The translations under genes and the position numbers were made by a program. From Macrostomum lignano (taxonomy: Eukaryota): a DNA stretch of 32,828 bases. Numbering within the stretch: position 1 is the stretch's first letter; every line of letters starts with the position of its first letter. The stretch covers positions 1 through 32,828 of the forward strand of contig NIVC01003926.1 of NCBI GenBank assembly GCA_002269645.1, in the 5' to 3' direction. Below are positions 1 to 10,955 of this stretch, one piece after another. Below the pieces are notes generated by a model. That model worked only from the letters and a program-made list of their open reading frames with translations. It had not been told where the DNA came from and made no database searches.

Positions 1-2990
1 CAGTATTGAAGCATCAGGATCCTCAAATCCCAGTATTGAAGCATCAGGATCCTCAAATCCCAATATTGAAGCATCGGGATCCTCAAATCCCAGTATTGAA
101 GCATCGGGATCCTCAAATCACAATATTGATACTCTGGGATCCTCAAATCCCAATATTCATCCTCAAATCCCAGTATTGAAGCATCGGGATCCTCAAATCA
201 CAATATTGATACTCTGGGATCCTCAAATCCCAATATTGATACTCTGAATTCCTCAAATCCAAATATCCAAGTATCAGGATCCTCAAATCCCAGTATTGAA
301 GCATCAGGATCCTCAAATCCCAATATTAAAGCATCGGGATCCTCAAATCCCAGTATTGAAGCATCAGGATCCTCAAATCCCAATATTAAATCATCAGGAT
401 CCTCAAATCCCAGTATTAAAGCATCAGGATCCTCAAATCCCAATATTAAAGCATTCGGATACTCAAATCCCAGTATTAAAGCATCAGGATCCTCAAATCC
501 CAATATTAAAGCATCAGGATCCTCAAATCCTAGTATTAAAGCATCAGGATCCTCAAATCCCAGTATTGAAGCATCAGGATCCTCAAATCCCAATATTGAA
601 GCACCAGGATCCTCAAATCCCAGTATTGAAGCATCAGGATCCTCAAATCCCAGTATTGAAGCATCAGGATCCTCAAATCCCAATATTGAACCACCAGGAT
701 CCTCAAATCCCAGTATTAAAGCATCAGGATCCTCAAATCCCAATATTGAAGCACCAGGATCCTCAAATCCCAGTATTAAAGCATCAGGATCCTCAAATCC
801 CAGTATTGAAGCATCAGGATCCTCAAATCCCAATATTGAAGCACCAGGATCCTCAAATCCCAGTATTGAAGCATCAGGATCCTCAAATCCCAGTATTGAA
901 GCATCAGGATCCTCAAATCCCAATATTGAAGCACCAGGATCCTCAAATCCCAGTATTAAAGCATCAGGATCCTCAAATCCCAGTATTGAAGCATCAGGAT
1001 CCTCAAATCCCAATATTGATACTCTGAGATCCCCAAATCCCAATATTGATACTCTGAGATCCTCAAATCCCAATATTGATACTCTGAGATCCTCATATCC
1101 CAATATTGATACTCTGAGATCCTCATATCCCAATATTGATACTCTGAGATCCTCAAATCTCAATATTAAAGCATCAGGATCCTCAAATCCCAGTATTGAA
1201 GCATCAGGATCCTCAAATCCCAGTATTAAAGCATCAGGATCCTCAAATCCCAATATTGAAGCATCGGGATCCTCAAATCCCAGTATTAAAGCATCGGGAT
1301 CCTCAAATCACAATATTGATACTCTGAGATCCTCATATCCCAATATTGATACTCTGAGATCCTCAAATCTCAATATTAAAGCATCAGGATCCTCAAATCC
1401 CAGTATTGAAGCATCAGGATCCTCAAATCCCAGTATTGAAGCATCAGGATCCTCAAATCCCAATATTGAAGCATCGGGATCCTCAAATCCCAGTATTGAA
1501 GCATCGGATCCTCAAATCACAATATTGATACTCTGGGATCCTCAAATCCCAGTATTGAAGCATCGGGATCCTCAAATCACAATATTGATACTCTGGGATC
1601 CTCAAATCCCAATATTGAAGCATCGGATCCTCAAATCCCAGTATTGAAGCATCGGGATCTTCAAATCACAATATTGATACTCTGGGATCCTCAAATCCCA
1701 ATATTGATACTCTGAATTCCTCAAATCCAAATATTAAAGTATCAGGATCCTCAAATCCCAGTATTGAAGCATCAGGATCCTCAAATCCCAATATTAAAGC
1801 ATTCGGGATACTAAAATCCCAGTATTAAAGCATCAGGATCCTCAAATCCCAATATTAAAGCATCAGGATCCTCAAATCCCAGTATTAAAGCATCAGGATC
1901 CTCAAATCCCAGTATTGAAGCATCAGGATCCTCAAATCCCAGTATTGAAGCATCAGGATCCTCAAATCCCAATATTGAAGCATCAGGATCCTCAAATTCC
2001 AGTATTAAAGCTTCAGGATCCTCAAATCGTAGTATTAAAGCATCGGGATCCTGAAATCCCAATATTAAAGCATCAGGATCCTCAAATCCCAGTATTGAAG
2101 CATCAGGATCCTCAAATCTCAATATTAAAGCATCAGGATCCTCAAATCCCAGTATTATAGCATCAGGATCCTCAAATCCCAGTATTGAAACATCAGGATC
2201 CTCAAATCCCAGTATTAAAGCATTCGGGATCCTCAAATCCTAGTATTGAAGCATCAGGATCCTCAAATCCCAATATTAAAGCATTCGGGATACTAAAATC
2301 CCAGTATTAAAGCATCAGGATCCTCAAATCCCAATATTAAAGCATCAGGATCCTCAAATCCCAGTATTAAAGCATCAGGATCCTCAAATCCCAATATTGA
2401 AGCACCAGGATCCTCAAATCCCAGTATTGAAGCATCAGGATCCTCAAATCCCAGTATTGAAGCATCAGGATCCTCAAATCCCAATATTAAAGCATCAGGA
2501 TCCTCAAATCCCAGTATTGAAGCATCAGGATCCTCAAATCCCAATATTGAAGCATCAAGATCCTCAAATCCTAGTATTAAAGCATCAGGATCCTCAAATC
2601 CCAATATTGAAGCATCAGGATCCTCAAATTCCAGTATTAAAGCATCAGGATCCTCAAATCCCAGTATTAAAGCATCAGGATCCTCAAATCCCAGTATTAA
2701 AGCATCAGGATCCTCAAATCCCAGTATTAAAGCATCAGGATCCTCAAATCCCAATATTAAAGCATCAGGATCCTCAAATCCTAGTGTTAAAGCATCAGGA
2801 TCCTCAAATCCCAGTATTAAAGCATCAGGATCCTCAAATCCAAATATTGAAGCATCAGGATCCTCAAATCCCAGTATTAAAGCATCAGGATCCTCAAATC
2901 CTAGTATTAAAGCATCAGGATCCTCAAATCCCAGTATTGAAGCATCAGGATCCTCAAATCCCGATATTAAAGCATTCGGGATACTAAAAT
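1..2990. repeat. 30-bp minisatellite array (consensus CAGTATTGAAGCATCAGGATCCTCAAATCC), intronic, upstream of the WD40-like terminal exon; runs off the window's left edge
   Basis: About 100 head-to-tail 30-nt units with recurring variants (CAA/CAG, TTAAA/TTGAA, GCACC, GATACTCTGAGATCC, GCATTCGGGATACTAAAATCC) and a few 29/31-nt units. No unique spacers. Confidence 0.98.
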
Positions 2991-3112
2991 CGCAATGTTT
3001 TGCTTCGTGATTCTCAAATCCCAAATTGGGATCAGGGAGCTCCCAGTCACAATATCGCATAGAGAGTGCCTTTTTACTCCATTGGCAGGCCGTCAATCCT
3101 AAGCGATCACAG

Positions 3113-3632
3113 GTTTGCATGCTCGGCATCTGATGGCGCACTGCTATGGCTGTCCTGTTCAATCAACAGTGCCAATCTGTCAGTCAGCTCAGTGACCACT
3201 CAGCTAGTAGTTCGGCTGTCCTGCAGCATTAACGACGTCTGCCAGCCGGGTTGTGACAGCCTGCTGTTCCTAGCCTTGGACAGCGGACTAGTCGGTGTCT
3301 GCAGGTTTTCTGCAACTACAGGCGAAGCTGCCAAGGTTTTGCAGTCTTCGGTTGGTCATTCCGCGTCGACTCTGTCTGTGGCACCGGTTCCGGCTGCTGC
3401 CTCCGCTTCAACCCGGCGGCTGGTCAGTTTAGGCGCCGATTGTTGCGTTCGAGTTTGGCTATTCCAGGAAACAGATGGTGACAGGGTTGACTGTCTTGCC
3501 GAGTGCCGGCTGGCACTGACTGATCCCCAACGGCTGATGCTGCTCGTGACTGACACTGGAGTTGATGGGGAACAAGATTTCACTCTGCTAACCGTTGGTC
3601 AAGGTTTACAAGCGATTCGAGTGTATGCATAG
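3113..3632 (+). CDS. Terminal coding exon (copy 1) of a WD40-repeat/beta-propeller-like protein; upstream exons lie outside the window
   Basis: Acceptor GATCACAG|G (AG at 3111-3112, phase 2), open to TAG at 3630-3632. Contains a GH...WD-like repeat (VGHSASTLSVAPVP...RRLVSLGADCCVRVW). GC-rich against AT-rich flanks. Confidence 0.7.
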
Positions 3633-3636
3633 TTGG

Positions 3637-3870
3637 CGATATGTATCGAAAAGTAACTTTTTTAATTGTTTAAATCAATGGCCTTCTATGCGTAGAGTAA
3701 ATGAGTCAATCCATCCGATATGTATCGAAATGTAACTTTGATAATTGTCGAAATACATTACCTTCTGTGCGTAGAGTAAATGAGTCAATCCATTGACAAC
3801 TTTGTTAATTGTCTAATTGCATTAACTTCTGTGGGTAGGTTAAATGAGTCAGCATCCGATATGTATTAAT
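3637..3870. repeat. Degenerate ~79-bp tandem repeat (about 3 units) just after the WD40-like stop codon
   Basis: CGATATGTAT recurs at 3637, 3716 and 3857; GTAG(A/G)(G/T)TAAATGAGTCA recurs three times. Confidence 0.85.
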
Positions 3871-4226
3871 AATATCAGTTAAATTCTCGAAGGCATTTTC
3901 GTTTCCAAGTAAATTTGACTATCGATTTGTAAAGTTAAAATACATTAGGTAACTTAGGATTTGCCTGTATGAATCAACTGCCGATATGTTGTGTAAATTA
4001 CTTTGTCAAACGTATTTTAATTGCATTTTATCTAATACATGTATTTATCAGCTGAAGCTGCGTATAAGACAGAACTAAATTATACCTGTTTAAAGAATTA
4101 AATGCAAATAATCAGAAAGTCAATTTTTGTTAATGTCATATCGAACTCTACCAAAGCCAATGACGGTTTGCCTATAATGACAAAGCATTTAAGCGCACAA
4201 ATAAGTCTTGTAAATATATTTATTTT

Positions 4227-6584
4227 TATCAGGATCCTCAAATCCCAATATTAAAGCATCAGGATCCTCAAATCCCAGTATTGAAGCACCAGGATCCTCA
4301 AATCCCAGTATTGAAGCATCAGGATCCTCAAATCCCAGTATTGAAGCATCAGGATCCTCAAATCCCAATATTGAACCACCAGGATCCTCAAATCCCAGTA
4401 TTAAAGCATCAGGATCCTCAAATCCCAATATTGAAGCACCAGGATCCTCAAATCCCAGTATTAAAGCATCAGGATCCTCAAATCCCAGTATTGAAGCATC
4501 AGGATCCTCAAATCCCAATATTGAAGCACCAGGATCCTCAAATCCCAGTATTAAAGCATCAGGATCCTCAAATCCCAGTATTGAAGCATCAGGATCCTCA
4601 AATCCCAATATTGATACTCTGAGATCCCCAAATCCCAATATTGATACTCTGAGATCCTCAAATCCCAATATTGATACTCTGAGATCCTCATATCCCAATA
4701 TTGATACTCTGAGATCCTCATATCCCAATATTGATACTCTGAGATCCTCAAATCTCAATATTAAAGCATCAGGATCCTCAAATCCCAGTATTGAAGCATC
4801 AGGATCCTCAAATCCCAGTATTAAAGCATCAGGATCCTCAAATCCCAATATTGAAGCATCGGGATCCTCAAATCCCAGTATTGAAGCATCGGGATCCTCA
4901 AATCACAATATTGATACTCTGAGATCCTCATATCCCAATATTGATACTCTGAGATCCTCAAATCTCAATATTAAAGCATCAGGATCCTCAAATCCCAGTA
5001 TTGAAGCATCAGGATCCTCAAATCCCAGTATTGAAGCATCAGGATCCTCAAATCCCAATATTGAAGCATCGGATCCTCAAATCCCAGTATTGAAGCATCG
5101 GGATCCTCAAATCACAATATTGATACTCTGGGATCCTCAAATCCCAGTATTGAAGCATCGGGATCCTCAAATCACAATATTGATACTCTGGGATCCTCAA
5201 ATCCCAATATTGAAGCATCGGGATCCTCAAATCCCAGTATTGAAGCATCGGGATCTTCAAATCACAATATTGATACTCTGGGATCCTCAAATCCCAATAT
5301 TGATACTCTGAATTCCTCAAATCCAAATATTAAAGTATCAGGATCCTCAAATCCCAGTATTGAAGCATCAGGATCCTCAAATCCCAATATTAAAGCATTC
5401 GGGATACTAAAATCCCAGTATTAAAGCATCAGGATCCTCAAATCCCAATATTAAAGCATCAGGATCCTCAAATCCCAGTATTAAAGCATCAGGATCCTCA
5501 AATCCCAGTATTGAAGCATCAGGATCCTCAAATCCCAGTATTGAAGCATCAGGATCCTCAAATCCCAATATTGAAGCATCAGGATCCTCAAATTCCAGTA
5601 TTAAAGCTTCAGGATCCTCAAATCGTAGTATTAAAGCATCGGGATCCTGAAATCCCAATATTAAAGCATCAGGATCCTCAAATCCCAGTATTGAAGCATC
5701 AGGATCCTCAAATCTCAATATTAAAGCATCAGGATCCTCAAATCCCAGTATTATAGCATCAGGATCCTCAAATCCCAGTATTGAAACATCAGGATCCTCA
5801 AATCCCAGTATTAAAGCATTCGGATCCTCAAATCCTAGTATTGAAGCATCAGGATCCTCAAATCCCAATATTAAAGCATTCGGATACTAAAATCCCAGTA
5901 TTAAAGCATCAGGATCCTCAAATCCCAATATTAAAGCATCAGGATCCTCAAATCCCAGTATTAAAGCATCAGGATCCTCAAATCCCAATATTGAAGCACC
6001 AGGATCCTCAAATCCCAGTATTGAAGCATCAGGATCCTCAAATCCCAGTATTGAAGCATCAGGATCCTCAAATCCCAATATTAAAGCATCAGGATCCTCA
6101 AATCCCAGTATTGAAGCATCAGGATCCTCAAATCCCAATATTGAAGCATCAAGATCCTCAAATCCTAGTATTAAAGCATCAGGATCCTCAAATCCCAATA
6201 TTGAAGCATCAGGATCCTCAAATTCCAGTATTAAAGCATCAGGATCCTCAAATCCCAGTATTAAAGCATCAGGATCCTCAAATCCCAGTATTAAAGCATC
6301 AGGATCCTCAAATCCCAGTATTAAAGCATCAGGATCCTCAAATCCCAATATTAAAGCATCAGGATCCTCAAATCCTAGTGTTAAAGCATCAGGATCCTCA
6401 AATCCCAGTATTAAAGCATCAGGATCCTCAAATCCAAATATTGAAGCATCAGGATCCTCAAATCCCAGTATTAAAGCATCAGGATCCTCAAATCCTAGTA
6501 TTAAAGCATCAGGATCCTCAAATCCCAGTATTGAAGCATCAGGATCCTCAAATCCCGATATTAAAGCATTCGGGATACTAAAAT
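4227..6584. repeat. Second block of the 30-bp minisatellite (part of the duplicated unit)
   Basis: Same unit and same variant order as ~545-2990, about three units (90 bp) shorter near its 5' end. Confidence 0.98.
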
Positions 6585-6706
6585 CGCAATGTTTTGCTTC
6601 GTGATTCTCAAATCCCAAATTGGGATCAGGGAGCTCCCAGTCACAATATCGCATAGAGAGTGCCTTTTTACTCCATTGGCAGGCCGTCAATCCTAAGCGA
6701 TCACAG

Positions 6707-7226
6707 GTTTGCATGCTCGGCATCTGATGGCGCACTGCTATGGCTGTCCTGTTCAATCAACAGTGCCAATCTGTCAGTCAGCTCAGTGACCACTCAGCTA
6801 GTAGTTCGGCTGTCCTGCAGCATTAACGACGTCTGCCAGCCGGGTTGTGACAGCCTGCTGTTCCTAGCCTTGGACAGCGGACTAGTCGGTGTCTGCAGGT
6901 TTTCTGCAACTACAGGCGAAGCTGCCAAGGTTTTGCAGTCTTCGGTTGGTCATTCCGCGTCGACTCTGTCTGTGGCACCGGTTCCGGCTGCTGCCTCCGC
7001 TTCAACCCGGCGGCTGGTCAGTTTAGGCGCCGATTGTTGCGTTCGAGTTTGGCTATTCCAGGAAACAGATGGTGACAGGGTTGACTGTCTTGCCGAGTGC
7101 CGGCTGGCACTGACTGATCCCCAACGGCTGATGCTGCTCGTGACTGACACTGGAGTTGATGGGGAACAAGATTTCACTCTGCTAACCGTTGGTCAAGGTT
7201 TACAAGCGATTCGAGTGTATGCATAG
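6707..7226 (+). CDS. Terminal coding exon (copy 2) of the WD40-repeat-like protein
   Basis: Translation identical to copy 1 (ORF-track 3066..3632 vs 6660..7226); same acceptor and TAG. Confidence 0.7.
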
Positions 7227-7229
7227 TTG

Positions 7230-7463
7230 GCGATATGTATCGAAAAGTAACTTTTTAATTGTTTAAATCAATGGCCTTCTATGCGTAGAGTAAATGAGTC
7301 AATCCATCCGATATGTATCGAAATGTAACTTTGATAATTGTCGAAATACATTACCTTCTGTGCGTAGAGTAAATGAGTCAATCCATTGACAACTTTGTTA
7401 ATTGTCTAATTGCATTAACTTCTGTGGGTAGGTTAAATGAGTCAGCATCCGATATGTATTAAT
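7230..7463. repeat. Second copy of the ~79-bp tandem repeat
   Basis: Duplicate of 3637-3870. Confidence 0.85.
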
Positions 7464-8640
7464 AATATCAGTTAAATTCTCGAAGGCATTTTCGTTTCCA
7501 AGTAAATTTGACTATCGATTTGTAAAGTTAAAATACATTAGGTAACTTAGGATTTGCCTGTATGAATCAACTGCCGATATGTTGTGTAAATTACTTTGTC
7601 AAACGTATTTTAATTGCATTTTATCTAATACATGTATTTATCAGCTGAAGCTGCGTATAAGACAGAACTAAATTATACCTGTTTAAAGAATTAAATGCAA
7701 ATAATCAGAAAGTCAATTTTTGTTAATGTCATATCGAACTCTACCAAAGCCAATGACGGTTTGCCTATAATGACAAAGCATTTAAGCGCACAAATAAGTC
7801 TTGTAAATATATTTATTTGTTACTATTATTATGTAAAGTAAATAATAATTTTACAAACATGATATACAAGCACTACGATTGATGCGTACTGATGTTGGGA
7901 TGGGTGCACCCTGCTCAAAAAACCGAGTGCACTCAAGCGATGGAATTTATCACAGACGATTAGGTCTACAATTTTGTGTACGTGTTAAGCCATTGTTTTG
8001 TTTTAAGCTGAACAATAAAGTTAGCAAATAAAGTTAATATATAGTTTGTTTAAAGAATAAAAATTACAAGAATAGTTGAAGCCAAAAAGCAATTTAAAGC
8101 CATGTTGTGCAGTTACACTAGCATAGTATAAATCAAACGAATCGAATGAAATTTCCTTTGAAAAAAAGACTGACAGCAAGCATAAATTAAAAACGGTTAC
8201 TTCGTTTTTGATTGTGCGTCAAGAGTCAAAATATTTACAGGAAGATTATAATTAATAATTATCATTCATTCTATCAGGTCACGTCTCTTCCACGGAGACA
8301 AAAACTTGTCATCAACAATATTATTTACGGTTTTAAAAGCAAGCTGCTTAGTTAGGAAAATAAGAACTATTATTAATACATTTATCTGCTACGGGCAGGA
8401 CCGAAAAAAAGAACTGAAAAATGAACTTGCACTAGTTAGTTGATTCCGTGATGGTTGCTGGATAAAACCCTGTCAAAAAGGCCTGACGTGAAATTTCTAG
8501 GAAAACTGCACGGGTTCAAAAAGTTTATGAGTCACTTTTGTTTGTTTTTTAAATCATTTTTTGCTACCATCTTCGAAAACGTGAATTCTAACGGCTTCGA
8601 GGTGCCTTTGAATAGCGTTATAATTGTTAGCCCTAACTGA

Positions 8641-8890
8641 GGTTGTAGCCTAGTGGTTAGAGCGTCGGACTCAAAACTGAAAGGTCGCGGGTTCGATTCT
8701 CCACTCACAGCTCGGAACAATTTGTAGTGTCCTTGAGTAGGACACTTAATTCTGAATTGTTTCAGTTCACCCAGCGGACAAATGAAATTCTGCCAGTTAA
8801 CAGGTGACAACTAACGGATGAAGTAGATAATTTGATGGCCTAGCAAATCACACTCAATTCTCAGCTGTTTGCTTGGGATCAGCTGACCTC
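8641..8890 (+). mobile_element. tRNA-derived SINE-like element with a CORE-like central segment (3' end approximate)
   Basis: A box (TAGCCTAGTGGTTAGAGC) and B box (GGTTCGATTC) at tRNA spacing; the acceptor stem does not close. Followed by GTGTCCTTGAGTAGGACACTTAATT, resembling the CORE-SINE motif GTGACCTTGGGCAAGTCACTTAAC. Confidence 0.65.
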
Positions 8891-8935
8891 CTCGAGTAAA
8901 TTTTCGAATTTAGAATTCTCGAACGAATTCCCAGG

Positions 8936-9210
8936 TTACATGGCATGCTCAGCCCCATTGTCCAGGTTGTGCCTCGCCCGCCGGGCATTCGCGTCGGAGC
9001 TGCGACGCCGCTGCAAGCGACCGGCACTGGTGGCAGCGGAGGAGGCCTTGCGACTGTTTCCAGTCAGGCCGTACTGCTCTGCGTACTGCTCAGCCCTGAG
9101 TCGGTTGTTGATAGAGCGGCAGTGACAAAGCAGGATGTGCTTGAATGGCATGCGGAAGTCGCGATTAAACTTGGCGTAGATAATTGGGTTGAGAAACGAA
9201 TTCACGTAGC
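8936..9210 (-). CDS. HTR7: 5-HT7-like serotonin receptor, exon 3 (TM7 second half, helix 8, C-tail, stop)
   Basis: Acceptor TTTTACCCGCAG|GC (phase 1) giving G-YVNSFLNPIIYAKFNRDFR, with the NPxxY motif; TAA at 8936-8938. Confidence 0.93.
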
Positions 9211-9235
9211 CTGCGGGTAAAAGTTGGTGAAGGTA

Positions 9236-9735
9236 ACTTCTAAGAAATCGGCCTTCAATTCTTAGAAATTGGCTTCTACTGTTTCTAAGAAAACGGCCTT
9301 CAATGTTTTTAAGAAATCAGCCTTCAATACCGTCTAAGAAATCAGTCTTCAATATTTCTAAGAAATCGGCCTTCAATACCTAAGAAATCCGCCCTCAATG
9401 TTTTCAGAAGATCGGCCTTCAATAATTATAAGAAATTAGTATTTAATACTACTAAGAAATTGGCCTTCAATACTTCCAAGAAATCTGCCTTCAAATATTT
9501 TAAGAAATCGGACTTAAATACTTTTAAACGATCGGCCTTTAATAATTCTAAGAAATCAGCATTCCATACTTTAAAAAAATCGGCCTTCAATACCTTCTAA
9601 GAAATCAGCCTTCAATAATTCTAAAAAAGCTGCCTTCAATTATTGTAAGAAATCGGCCGTTAAACTTCTAAGAAATCGACCTTTAATGCTTATCGGCCTT
9701 ATTGTTAGAAATCGGCTTTTTAACGCCTGTTAAAA
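9236..9735. repeat. Degenerate ~21-22-bp minisatellite (TTCTAAGAAATCGGCCTTCAATA) at the 3' end of receptor intron 2
   Basis: About 22 imperfect units, beginning ~25 nt from the exon 3 acceptor. Confidence 0.93.
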
Positions 9736-10624
9736 TCAGCCTCGGAAAGAGTAAAAGAATTGCAAAATAAAAGCGGATTTCGAGCCCCTATTCTGAGAAG
9801 AAGAAGGATAAGTACGTAATTTCCAGAAGGATTTTACAACCGTTTATAAAGAAGTCAAAATTGTGATTTTTTGCGAATTCACACTGCGCCCGAGGTTCTT
9901 AGCTCAGCCATGGGTGATGCAGCTTAGGCTGGTGAGGAGAGACTGGAGAGAATTATAGGTAGAGTTGGACTAAAGCTGGCCACTTGTTGACCTCCTGGTT
10001 TCGAGATGGAAACCTTGAGTGTACATTTATTACATCCAGAAATACCGAAACGTCAGTTACGATTACAGGCGGGATCAGAGAGCCAAATGACAATAGGATG
10101 AAGAACTCAGCCTCTTAAGAGCGCTAGCTGTCTAAATATTCGTTTTTTACACGCTTTATTAGCGGTTGTTGGGAGTTTAACCCCAGTTCATAACGGACAT
10201 TATTAGCTATACTTGGCTTGGTCAGGCTGGTTGTAGTAGTTTAGTAGTAGACTACCTATTTAATACTCCATGACTGCCTTTGACGGGATTCCGTCTCTCC
10301 CCCCAGCTCCCTTGTAAGCCCTTGAGCTAGAAGCTTAAAAGCTGCATGTCTTCCCTAATCTAATGTATTTCCTCCCACGTAGTTTATGCACGATGGGACG
10401 TTCCGCTTTGGCGCATGGATCAGCTGCCTGAGAGCAGAGGCCGCTGCGGAACTTGCCTTAACTTTGTTAGAAACTGAGGCGTGCCATGCAGCTGCTGCTG
10501 GATCGGTGCTTCTCTCTCTCTTCCCAACGCAAAGTGTCTCATTGACTAGACAGGATAAGTTATCAGCCTGCCATCTGTTCAGGTTGGGTCCAAGCATGAT
10601 CAATAAATCATTCTTAGAGATACG

Positions 10625-10955
10625 AAGAGGGAGAGGGGAGAGACGAAGGGGGAGAGATGGAGGGGAGAAAGAGATAGAGGGCGAAAGGGACAGACGGAGG
10701 GGGAGAGGGGAGAGACAGAGAGGGGAGAGGCAGAGGGGGAGAGGAGAGGGGCAGAGGGGAGAGGGGAGAGGCAGAGGGGGAGAGTAGAGAGGCAGAGGGG
10801 AGAGGGGAGAGGCAGAGGGGGAGAGCAGAGAGGCAGAGGGGGAGAGGGGAGAGACGGAGGGAGAGTAGAGAGAAACGGAAAGGAAAGGGGAGAAGCGGAG
10901 GGGGAGAGGGGAGAGACGGAGAGTGATGGGAGAGATGTAAAAGGAGGAGGTAGAC
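10625..10955. repeat. Polypurine (GA-rich) low-complexity tract with GGGGAGAGGCAGA-type sub-repeats
   Basis: Almost only G and A on the + strand for ~330 nt. Confidence 0.95.

Larger units (their letters stand above)
545..7818. repeat. Tandem segmental duplication: ~545-4225 repeated as ~4227-7818
   Basis: By eye, unique sequence 2990-4225 matches 6584-7818 (offset 3594/3593) except one T in a homopolymer. The order of satellite variants is also copied. The junction goes from unique AT-rich sequence straight into the satellite at ~4226 (TATTTTTATC|AGGATCC). Confidence 0.95.

Noticed and set aside
1-6584. CRISPR array suggested by ~30-bp repeats with internal palindromes
   Set aside because: Units are head-to-tail with no unique spacers, there are no cas genes, and the context is a spliced eukaryotic locus.
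198-6756. Long repeat ORFs (GFEDPDALIL / KHQDPQIPVL, up to 351 aa) as real proteins
   Set aside because: They follow from a stop-free 30-nt unit. 29/31-nt units break the frames, most starts are TTG/CTG/GTG, and there is no unique domain. The apparent synonymy of variants is expected from the antiparallel frame geometry.
8641-8712. Functional tRNA gene (also 12711-12783)
   Set aside because: A/B boxes are present but the acceptor stems do not pair and SINE-like bodies follow.
9880-10610. Solo LTR or retroelement fragment
   Set aside because: TATA- and AATAAA-like words occur on the minus strand, but there are no defined TG...CA ends, TSD, PBS/PPT or recognisable protein motif.
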